From Blastopirellula sp. (lineage in GTDB: Bacteria > Planctomycetota > Planctomycetia > Pirellulales > Pirellulaceae), in NCBI GenBank assembly GCA_002701545.1, contig NZVR01000152.1, positions 8,790 to 72,789 of the forward strand: a DNA stretch of 64,000 bases, read 5' to 3'. Below the pieces are notes generated by a model that searched no databases, had not been told where the DNA came from, and saw nothing but the letters and a program-made list of their open reading frames with translations. Positions 9,201 to 16,609 of this stretch are shown in pieces; position 1 is the first letter of the stretch, and the number at the start of each line of letters is the position of its first letter. A program made the translations under genes and the position numbers.

Positions 9201-11256
9201 TTTCGTTGGCAGTCAAGGCAGCAATCTGGCTTTGGGCGTTGAATTGCACGGCCGGAGGATTGTCCGTTGTTGCTGTCCCGGGGTGGGGCACCACATGGAC
9301 TTGGTGATTGCCATTCACGTAAGCGACTGCCTGAATGGACGGCAGTTCAAAGCACTGTGTGACGGAATGCTGGTCGGGCTCGGTGCGATATGGGTGAAAC
9401 AGATGCTTCTGACTGAGGTAGCTGATTGCCGACCGCAAGAGATCGTTGTCTGTGGTGTCTCGTTGATAGGCTGTTTGCAGGACATTCAGGCACTCCGCCA
9501 GATTGTCAGCGTCAAATGCCTCCTGGGCAGCCAAGATGCTTTCTCTGCGGTAGCTGAGCGTCAATTGCTTCTTGGATTCCACTGCCTCAGCAGTCGCTCG
9601 GTTGGCAAGTTTTTCATTCTTGCGAGCTTGTGCCATGGCCAGCATGGCGAGAATGGAGGCCACGATTGCGACGGCAGCTACAGCGCCTGTAATCCGAGAT
9701 TGACGTTTGAATTTTCTGGCCGAAGCGGTTTGTTCTTGAGCCAGTCGCTCTTGTGACTCGGCCAGCTCTTGGGCTTGGCGTAATTCGCGTTGTCGGTTTT
9801 CCTCTGCCACGCGAGCCGCTTCGTGCTGGTCTCGATCGCTTGCTTCGAGAAACTCAACGGCGACCGGGAAGTTCGTGTCGTAGCGAGCGGCCCAAGCTTC
9901 GTTGGGGTTGGCCGTTTCGAGCCAGGACAAAGCAATTTGCAGGTCGGGATCGCGGTACAAGCCAGCGTGATTTTGTTTCCACAGGATCGCTGTTTCCGAC
10001 AGACGCTTGTAGATGCGTACTGACTGGGATTCCTCTTCGACCCAGGTCTTCAGTCGTTTCCAGACACGCATCAAGCTTTCATGGGAAATGTCGATAACCA
10101 TTCCATCGTCCAGAGGCGTGTTGCTGAACGGCATCAGAAAGGTGCGGCCCGGGGCGCGATACGCCTCGATAATGGTGTTCAACAGCTCGGTAGAGGCTCC
10201 CGTGATTTGGCGCAGCAAGTCCAATCGCGTGGGGCGGCGAATGCCACGATTGTCAACGCCTTTTTCGGTTAACGCGCGAAACACCCGTTCGGTCGCGTTG
10301 AGTACGGTCGTTGAGTCGCCCACCGATTCTTGGATTTCGAGCAGGATTTCGTCGGCGTGATTTGACAGCGCATCGGTCATGCCTCCGACCGCCTCGTAGT
10401 CTTCCAGGTCCATTTGAGGTGCTGTGTCGGCAGCTCTCTGGTGGCAATGATCCCAGCTGCGCATCAGCGAATGTTGCAAGACAGGCAGTTGGTCTGCATG
10501 CTCGCCCACATCGTTGAGCAGCCGTTGGATCAAGCGACGACTCACTTCCCCGCCGGCGACTTTGACAGGACCTTCGATTGCCTGTTGCACTTGATCCCGT
10601 GTCAGTTTCGGCACCAGGTATTCACCGTGATTGATCGCTTCGGCTAATCCGGTAAAGCGAGCGCAATCACCCAGGAAGTCGGAACGCATGGTCAAGACGA
10701 CATAGATCGGGACGTCATCTTGTTGCACCGCATGTATCAACCAGCGGATGAAATCTGGTGCCTGCTGCTGGCCCTTGTTGCCAGCTTCGTGAAAACGAAA
10801 GATTTCCTCAAACTGATCAACCACAATGAGCATGTTGCTGCCAGTCGGGAGTTCCGATTGCTTGACCGCTTCCACCAGACCGTTGGTCGAGCGATTGATG
10901 GTGGCCATGACTTGATGAACCGTGTCTTCATCATCTTCGTCGTAGATGTCTGCATCGAGTAAGGACTGGGCCAGATTGGAAAGCGGGTCGCCGCCGGGTT
11001 GCATCACGGCGATGTGCCAATCCGACCCGGCGTCCAGCATCATGCCACCCTGTAGTTGGCTCAGCAGGCCACACCGGACCAAGGACGATTTGCCACTTCC
11101 CGAGGAACCCACGACTGCGAGAAAACGATGTTCTCTCAGTAATTTCATCAGCTCGGAGATCTGCTCTTCACGACCAAAGAACAGGTAATCTTCCTCGCTT
11201 TGGAAGGGGCGCAAACCGGGAAAGGGGTTGAATGCGTTCATCGGTTTCGATTTCAC
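6214..11256 (-). CDS. nSTAND-type P-loop NTPase with one TM helix, beta-propeller-like repeats, a DUF1080/LamG-like module and C-terminal ankyrin repeats
   Basis: 1680-aa ORF. The N-terminus 'PFPGLRPFQSEEDYLFFGREEQISEL..FLAVVGSSGSGKSSLVRCGLL' (Walker A) plus 'MLIVVDQFEEIF' (Walker B) and 'DQLPVLQHSLMRSW' is the signature of the FGRE-type novel STAND NTPases. Downstream come a coiled-coil stretch and the hydrophobic helix ITGAVAAVAIVASILAMLAMA. Repeats such as 'SSDGQTVFLV' and 'SPEGTRLAIL' follow, then a DUF1080-like block (FADFRIQVE...LRFSYGD...FKNMVVVPL) and ankyrin repeats (GSTDALQLLADSGVDL, GNHVETAKLLLALGSDPN, RPIHEAAKWGGPELTQLLLDAGA). Confidence 0.85.
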   Translation of the reverse strand: MKSKPMNAFNPFPGLRPFQSEEDYLFFGREEQISELMKLLREHRFLAVVGSSGSGKSSLVRCGLLSQLQGGMMLDAGSDWHIAVMQPGGDPLSNLAQSLLDADIYDEDDEDTVHQVMATINRSTNGLVEAVKQSELPTGSNMLIVVDQFEEIFRFHEAGNKGQQQAPDFIRWLIHAVQQDDVPIYVVLTMRSDFLGDCARFTGLAEAINHGEYLVPKLTRDQVQQAIEGPVKVAGGEVSRRLIQRLLNDVGEHADQLPVLQHSLMRSWDHCHQRAADTAPQMDLEDYEAVGGMTDALSNHADEILLEIQESVGDSTTVLNATERVFRALTEKGVDNRGIRRPTRLDLLRQITGASTELLNTIIEAYRAPGRTFLMPFSNTPLDDGMVIDISHESLMRVWKRLKTWVEEESQSVRIYKRLSETAILWKQNHAGLYRDPDLQIALSWLETANPNEAWAARYDTNFPVAVEFLEASDRDQHEAARVAEENRQRELRQAQELAESQERLAQEQTASARKFKRQSRITGAVAAVAIVASILAMLAMAQARKNEKLANRATAEAVESKKQLTLSYRRESILAAQEAFDADNLAECLNVLQTAYQRDTTDNDLLRSAISYLSQKHLFHPYRTEPDQHSVTQCFELPSIQAVAYVNGNHQVHVVPHPGTATTDNPPAVQFNAQSQIAALTANEKHVGVLEQDGRVLLVQRDNGNVTNVSELFADTPNFPQPAALDQVSLVDNRVLLSAGNRAVLISHQDTPSIVAEIELPDTAEITHACLSSDGQTVFLVTAEDGYQLYDAADPAQPVRTVANDSDVQLIQFLPMQRQFLTIEEDGQLCLTSAEDESLDTVHAVTIPGIRRALVSPEGTRLAILDPAGVLAMHSLIDGRPILLPQLPADLRMDDFIFDPLGLFLIATDQQQRPLVLRADDGHALAAPLPIQVSSGGLLADWEPVESGPWDGQKTLTLRVARSDISAGQPNVGIVQLRATAPLAQNHLPNWEQFDLTDIGAEDGNLFFLYFQSLLSAKPSPAYQPTHPALQAFQNWFERHSAARQVDFIQPNDNLPALTEHLAQAGQFYDSEVASDQPIDLALALVARQITPRVLSQAMKLSTDATTSAAATRYHQIKLIQQHYEYPQTPEFALAMLQHMARLPQLLEIRSQAYTDQSHESDPVDLTSPELISEWDGLADWWEAKDSGVSLLEERKWAATNNQYVTWIGGHFADFRIQVEIAKLFGNSGFDGRTHFAPDTSNVYQANYLHPYLRQGYQADLVGSQNLNVGNFHGKFINDNYPRPLVIADRGQAVLIGIDHKPVALARSQTESSLDLLQKMQDLPEGSKITLEMRGNHLRFSYGDLLLNNIFDSQPGRDMSGEFAIQAMGTNSQLTFKNMVVVPLGRDIAEAEMAATPDLVVPSLLHAQLLTAQKRWYDLYPVLDANAAEPWTQSLRRTANLATQRTHQKLAQAAMQNDAETLQSVIDEINDAELLNEIANTDAGSTGYGNQFATPVLAAALHGSTDALQLLADSGVDLKKQTGIYGMDALKAACFGNHVETAKLLLALGSDPNGSNFSGYRPIHEAAKWGGPELTQLLLDAGATATQITRAGRNPLQELAEIRSTAKQFGDNHFAQFAVSERRLQVARVLIAAGLDPRARIDNRRSAIQLAKNRGDTELVELLEELSQDQANTSEDDTE

Positions 11257-11264
11257 AGAAGGGA

Positions 11265-13610
11265 CTATTGAATGTTTTCTACAAAGCTCAGGAGTTCTTT
11301 CGTTTCGGAGAAGCCGTCTGCGGGCTCTTGGACAATTGCCGCATGATGGCTTTTGAAACGTTCCTTGCGTTTGTCGAAGGGGGGCGCGATGTAGACCGCA
11401 ACTTGAGGAATGGGGGTGGTCCGACCATAGCCCGCAGCCTTGAGTGTGTCTCGTAGCTTAATGTCGACCCAGCTTTTGCGAACACCGCCATAGAAAATGA
11501 TCACCGCATCGCACTCGCATAATGTCTGTAAGTGCAACTGGCTGACTTCGTCTTGAGGGCAGTCGAAGTCGGGTAGAGAGACTTCCAGCCCCTGTTGGAA
11601 CAAGAAGTTTTCGAGCGATTCTGTTGCGTCTTCATCCACACTGTCGCAGATCAGGTAGACCATGCGGATGTTCTCGTCTTTGGTGGGCTTGTCCGAATCC
11701 TCAGGTGTTGCGTTGCGCAAGGATGTGAGGTGCTGAGAGACTGCCTCTTTGAGGAGGCTCAAGTGGCCTTCGACGAGCTCGCAATTGGCGTGCGCGGCGT
11801 CTTGCGTTCGTAACTGTTCCAGGAACGTGTTTTGTCTGGCATCAGCGATCTCGCCGGCTTCACACCAGACGAACTGCTGAGCCGGATGGGATGCGAGCCA
11901 CTCGCGGATTTCCGCCGCTTGTAATTCCATCACGCTGTGTTGCGCATTTTCCGGAACGATGCCGTAGCTGCTGCCCGCCAGCTGGACGATCAATTCCGCA
12001 TCCTTCAAATAGCCTGTAACCTCGGCGACCAACGCGCCGTGCTCCAGAGTCAAAGGCTTGTCTGGTACGACTCGATAGCCCTGTTCTGTTAACTCGCGAC
12101 AGATGACCTCGTATTCATTACGCACATCCGAAGTGGTTACGGCGACGTACGCGACCGGATGAGATGCGGTTTCCACCACGGTTGCATCCGGATCGCTGGT
12201 GAGCGTTTGGTTGAGTTCGTAGGCGACGTCGTAGATTTTTTCGTAGTATCGCCGCTTTAGGTCTTCGCCGAACGATTCTTCGTACTCCAGCACGCGGCCC
12301 GAATCGTCCTGTTCGAAAAAGTTGTGGTCGTTGACCTGAGTCAAAACGTCCGTTCCGATTCCTTGCAGCCGTTTCTCGTCGACAGGCGTCTTGACCACCT
12401 TGATCAGGCGTGAGTCAGCGTTGGCTCCCCCTTCAATGAACGTCTGCACCTCTTGGGCGCACGGTGTCGAGTTAGCGAATGGAGGAGAGACAACCGTCAG
12501 CAATGACTTGGCCTTGGGCAGTTCCGAGAGTAAGGCCGGCTCAAGGTTTTCGTCGTGCTCTTTGCGAAGTGGGCGGTAGACGTTGACTTCCCGGCCGGCG
12601 AGCTGTTGGAGCCGAACTTTCAGATTGCGATGAAATCTCGAAATCCAACCTTCGTCGTCGCTGGACAGAGACTGATCGTCCAGCGCCGAATAGCTAATGT
12701 AAACGTCGCTTTCCGCCGGTGAGCCCTGCGAATAGTCCGCAGTGGACGGCGCGCCACTACAACCCTCCTTGATCGCGGTGAGCATTTCTTGGGGGCTCTG
12801 AAAACGCTCGGCTTTGTCTTTCGCCAGAGCTCGGAGTACCACATGGGCCAGCGAGTCACTGACGTGTGGATTCCATTCGCTCCGCGGAGGTGGATCCTGA
12901 TTGATAATCTTGTTGATGACTTCGCCGATGGCCTGACCCTCGAAAGGTAACTTGCCGTTCAGCATCTGATAGAGAATGACACCGACACTGAACAAGTCAC
13001 TCAGGTGATCGACCTCGGAACCAAGCGCCTGCTCGGGGCTCATGTAGTTGGGGGTTCCGAGCAGACTGCCTGTCATGGTCAAGTTGTGTTCCATCGTGGC
13101 GTCGTTGACGTTCTGTTGCACGGCCAGACGTTTCGCCAAGCCAAAATCCAGAATCTTGGCAATGCCGCGCTGGTTGATGGAAATGTTCCCCGGTTTGAGA
13201 TCGCGATGCACAATGTTTTGCTCGTGAGCGACCGTTAAGCCCGCTAAAACCTGGCAGATGATATCGACCGTTTCCTCGATGGGCAGGGGATTTGGGGCTT
13301 GCAGTTTCGCTTCCAACGTTTCCCCATCGATATACTCCATGCACAGATAAGGCTGCTGGGTCTCCGTCTCACCCACTTCGTAAATGGTACATACGTTGGG
13401 GTGGTTCAGCGCCGAAGCCGATTGGGCCTCTTGCAGAAAACGTTTGCGCAGATGCTCGTCCTGGCAGAGATTCTGGGGAAGCACTTTGATTGCAACCGCG
13501 CGGCCTAGCTTGGAATCATGGGCGAGGTAGACTTCGCCCATGGCACCGGCGCCGAGCATCTCGGTTACCGTAAAATGAGCTATCTTTTGGTCGGTCATCT
13601 TCAGGGTCAC
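11265..13610 (-). CDS. Ser/Thr protein kinase fused to three TIR-like (flavodoxin-fold) modules
   Basis: 781-aa ORF. The kinase motifs are complete: LGAGAMGEV, VAIK, HRDLKPGN, DFGLAK, GTPNYMSPE. Three modules with TIR-like starts follow: 'SDVYISYSALDD..WISRFHRNL', 'HPVAYVAVTTSDVRNEYE' and 'IRMVYLICDSVDEDATESLENFL'. The stop lies 9 bp upstream of the NTPase start, so an operon is likely. Confidence 0.85.
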   Translation of the reverse strand: MTLKMTDQKIAHFTVTEMLGAGAMGEVYLAHDSKLGRAVAIKVLPQNLCQDEHLRKRFLQEAQSASALNHPNVCTIYEVGETETQQPYLCMEYIDGETLEAKLQAPNPLPIEETVDIICQVLAGLTVAHEQNIVHRDLKPGNISINQRGIAKILDFGLAKRLAVQQNVNDATMEHNLTMTGSLLGTPNYMSPEQALGSEVDHLSDLFSVGVILYQMLNGKLPFEGQAIGEVINKIINQDPPPRSEWNPHVSDSLAHVVLRALAKDKAERFQSPQEMLTAIKEGCSGAPSTADYSQGSPAESDVYISYSALDDQSLSSDDEGWISRFHRNLKVRLQQLAGREVNVYRPLRKEHDENLEPALLSELPKAKSLLTVVSPPFANSTPCAQEVQTFIEGGANADSRLIKVVKTPVDEKRLQGIGTDVLTQVNDHNFFEQDDSGRVLEYEESFGEDLKRRYYEKIYDVAYELNQTLTSDPDATVVETASHPVAYVAVTTSDVRNEYEVICRELTEQGYRVVPDKPLTLEHGALVAEVTGYLKDAELIVQLAGSSYGIVPENAQHSVMELQAAEIREWLASHPAQQFVWCEAGEIADARQNTFLEQLRTQDAAHANCELVEGHLSLLKEAVSQHLTSLRNATPEDSDKPTKDENIRMVYLICDSVDEDATESLENFLFQQGLEVSLPDFDCPQDEVSQLHLQTLCECDAVIIFYGGVRKSWVDIKLRDTLKAAGYGRTTPIPQVAVYIAPPFDKRKERFKSHHAAIVQEPADGFSETKELLSFVENIQ

Positions 13611-13658
13611 TTCGTACTACGAACAAATGCGCCTGATCGGAAACGGACGTTGCCGGTC

Positions 13659-13684
13659 TCAGGTGGGTATTTCAGGTGGGTATT
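13659..13684. repeat. Perfect 13-bp tandem direct repeat (tcaggtgggtatt x2) about 50-75 bp upstream of the kinase start
   Basis: Read directly: tcaggtgggtatt at 13659-13671 and again at 13672-13684, in the leader/promoter region of the kinase-NTPase operon. Confidence 0.7.
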
Positions 13685-13883
13685 TCACACGTGGACTCCA
13701 GCGGCATGTGGGCAGCGAGTGGTGAATCGCTGCTGATGGCTGGAGGCAATCTGCGCCGGAGCCAGGACGTGTGATGTGAAACGGCCTGACAATCGCTGCA
13801 AGGATTGCCAGAGCCGTTGGTCATCACGACTTCGTTAGCTCGTCAACGCGGTGGCGCAGGTTTTGGGCTATCCCATGATTCTC

Positions 13884-14879
13884 CTATTCCGCGGCTTTCA
13901 AAACAATGACCGGTTCGTCTTCGTCCACCGGCACGCCATTGAGCGTCCGCGAGATGATTGTGTGACGAAAGACGCCGGGTTCCGAGAAGTCAAATTGACA
14001 GAATTCATGGATTTTCCCAGCTGGGCCTTCGCCACTGCGTTCCCACAGTAACTTGCCATTGTTGGCGGCTACGAGTTCACCACGTATCATGACGCCGCTT
14101 GAGGTCTGGTACTGTTTGACGACTCGCCCTGTCTTTGCATTGTAACTATAGACTGCGCGGACTTCGAAAGCTTGATCGGCACTGGTTCCGGCTTGCTGCA
14201 TGGTCCAGTTGTGCGTGATGACACTGCCCGTCGCGGAGCGTTTACCCGAGCACTGAACTTTATAGACCGCCTTGTCCGCTCCATAAGCGTCGCTGCCAGG
14301 GTTCTCGAAATCGCCCTGATACGTTTTTAGAAGAGGCTCCAGGACATCGATTTTTTCGGGAGCAACATTCTCGCCGGTCGCCGTCTTTTTGGTCCAGATA
14401 TGGGTTTCTTGCTCCAGGTCCCAGGTGGCAAACAAACGATTGCCTTTGATTTGAGCAATGACTGAAAAATCGAACGGGCGCCAGTCGTGAGCTTCCTCTT
14501 TGGGGAGAATTCGCCGGTTTTCAACGAATTCCAGGGTCAGCAGGTCACGTGTCGTTACCTCCGCAATAAACTTGGCTTCCCACAATGACTCGTTCGATTT
14601 GTCCGGGGTGGTCATCTGGAACGTGTGCTCAAATTGCCCGGCTTTTTCTCCAGCACGTACCGTCCACGTAATGGTCGTCGGCTTACCGTCCACGTTGATG
14701 TGTTTTCGGGTCCAGGTTCCAACCAATTGCTCAAGTTGCTGTTCTGGAGTCAGTTCGGGAGCGGCGGTCGCGTCGTCTGCCAAGCTCACCGTAGCGGTTA
14801 GCAAGATGGTCAGCGCGAAGGTGGAGAGATACGAGGGTAAGGTCCATGGGCATTGCTGCGGCATCTGGGGTGCTTTCAA
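13884..14879 (-). CDS. Hypothetical secreted protein (two-lobed, unknown function)
   Basis: 331-aa ORF with a signal-like N-terminus (LSTFALTILLTATVSLADD). I recognise no diagnostic motif. Confidence 0.65.
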   Translation of the reverse strand: MKAPQMPQQCPWTLPSYLSTFALTILLTATVSLADDATAAPELTPEQQLEQLVGTWTRKHINVDGKPTTITWTVRAGEKAGQFEHTFQMTTPDKSNESLWEAKFIAEVTTRDLLTLEFVENRRILPKEEAHDWRPFDFSVIAQIKGNRLFATWDLEQETHIWTKKTATGENVAPEKIDVLEPLLKTYQGDFENPGSDAYGADKAVYKVQCSGKRSATGSVITHNWTMQQAGTSADQAFEVRAVYSYNAKTGRVVKQYQTSSGVMIRGELVAANNGKLLWERSGEGPAGKIHEFCQFDFSEPGVFRHTIISRTLNGVPVDEDEPVIVLKAAE

Positions 14880-15342
14880 TTCAAAGAGGGAATGGGATCA
14901 GGAGAGTTAATTGACGGTGCGAAGCGTCGCAAGATGGTGCCGCGAGCGCAGGCTCACGACCTACTGACAAGTGCGAGATTGCTGCCAGTTTTCCATGAAA
15001 GCACCTGATCTTTGGCGGATTGCCGCCATGTAGTGGGGCGTGCGGAGGGGATCTCCGAGGGTGCTGCTTCCCCTCGTCACTTTTTGTCGCGCCGGTCCGA
15101 GCAGGCTCTCCGGCAGCAGAGCTTCGGAGCCTCCAGGCGGACATTTCTGGTGGGAGTTCGCAGGCAGCGCTCTGCGATCGTGTGCAACGCTGCACGACGA
15201 TTTTGCGTCTTTCGTTGGCGGTGAGGAGATTTGTTGACGCACCGCGCCCGCCCTGTTCCATTGCAGCATACGCAGCGCGCCTGGGTCGAGTCGGCGGTGC
15301 TCGGACAACCATGGGTGATCCCTGATTCTGAGGAGAATGTAG

Positions 15343-16293
15343 ATGTGCACCAAGCCAGCGCGAATGTTTGCAACGTTGGTCCTGTTTAGTGGGTTGAGTT
15401 GGATATCGGGTAGCCCCGCGTTAGCTCAGCAACTGCCTGGTTCCCAGGCGAACGGCCAGTTGAACGTGTGCGACTTCGGCGCCAAAGGGGATGGGCAGAC
15501 GAACGATCGAGCTGCCTTTGTCGCTGCTATCCAGGCGTTACCGGAGCGGGGTGGGAGTCTCTTTGTGCCGGCGTCGGATCAAGACTACATCTGGCGAGGC
15601 TCCGGGATTGTGATCGAGAAACCGGTGCACATCGTTGGTGCGGTGTCCGCTGCCAGTCGAATCCGATTTGAAGGTCAGGGGACGCCGCTGGAATTCCGCG
15701 ATGTCGCCTCCGGAGGGCTGGAACGTCTCTCTTTTTTTGCTGGCCCGAATTCCACGAACGGACCGTGTCTCGTTCTGGATAAAGTTCGAGATCTGGTGGT
15801 CAGTAAGATTCACATTCAAGGTTTTGCGAACGGAGTGGTTTGCCGTAGCAATGGGACGATGCACGTGTCGATTGAGAATTCGCGGCTCATTGGCATTGTC
15901 AGCGACAGCGCGGCAGGGTGGCAAAAGAACAGCATCGGGATTTACGTCGAACCGCCAGGACCGACGTCAGTCCGTATCACCAATGTGTATTGCCAACATT
16001 TCGAAACGCTGATCCGCAGCGGGGGAGATGGGACGATGTTGAGTGGAAATGTTTTGGAAGCCGCGTGGTATGGCGTGCAGGTAGACACAGGAACGCTCAC
16101 CAGCTTTGGCGATTGGTTTGATCCGGGGCGGGATGATTCGCCGAAGAATTTCATGCGTGCCCCTTTTGTCATCAAGCCTCCTGTTTCATCGGTGGGAGTT
16201 TTTCACCCGCGGGGAATTCTGCCTAAGCATATTCATATGGATGGTGTGCCCCGCAAACGCGTCGTGGGCATGCTCGAAGCTTCGGGGCGGTAG
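15343..16293 (+). CDS. Secreted right-handed beta-helix (pectate-lyase superfamily / GH28-related) protein
   Basis: 316-aa ORF with a signal peptide. The 'NVCDFGAKGDGQTNDRAAFVAAIQAL' N-terminal motif is typical of Pectate_lyase_3-type beta-helix proteins. The start could be M1 or M8. Confidence 0.7.
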   Translation: MCTKPARMFATLVLFSGLSWISGSPALAQQLPGSQANGQLNVCDFGAKGDGQTNDRAAFVAAIQALPERGGSLFVPASDQDYIWRGSGIVIEKPVHIVGAVSAASRIRFEGQGTPLEFRDVASGGLERLSFFAGPNSTNGPCLVLDKVRDLVVSKIHIQGFANGVVCRSNGTMHVSIENSRLIGIVSDSAAGWQKNSIGIYVEPPGPTSVRITNVYCQHFETLIRSGGDGTMLSGNVLEAAWYGVQVDTGTLTSFGDWFDPGRDDSPKNFMRAPFVIKPPVSSVGVFHPRGILPKHIHMDGVPRKRVVGMLEASGR

Positions 16294-16609
16294 GCAGGAT
16301 GCGGCGCAGGCAGCCTTGGAAAGCCGCACCCCGTATGGCACTGGGTGAAGGACCAGCGGTTCATTGCGTCGAGACGTTGCGGTAGCGAAACAATGCGTGG
16401 TTGGTGAATCGTTTACTGGAGAGTCAGCCGGCTTGGGACCGCGATTGCGTCTGCGATTGGCAGGCTTCTACCTGTTTTTTCAAAAGGATTTGTGTTGGTG
16501 GCAACCCAGCGTCGACTCACGTTGGCGGCGTGATACAATAGAAAGAGACGAGCCACCTGCCACCGCGCCCCCCCTCAATACCAGCGCGTTTTGCGTTGTC
16601 ACTTGCCGA

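Noticed and set aside
16364-16609. N-terminal extensions in the ORF track (16364, 19046, 20504, 25439, 29066, 41739, 47978, 52364, and on the minus strand 57145, 60071, 63049)
   Set aside because: The extensions precede obvious signal or Tat peptides, overlap the upstream gene, or start at non-ATG codons where a downstream ATG with a better context exists. Shorter starts were adopted, but they remain unverified.
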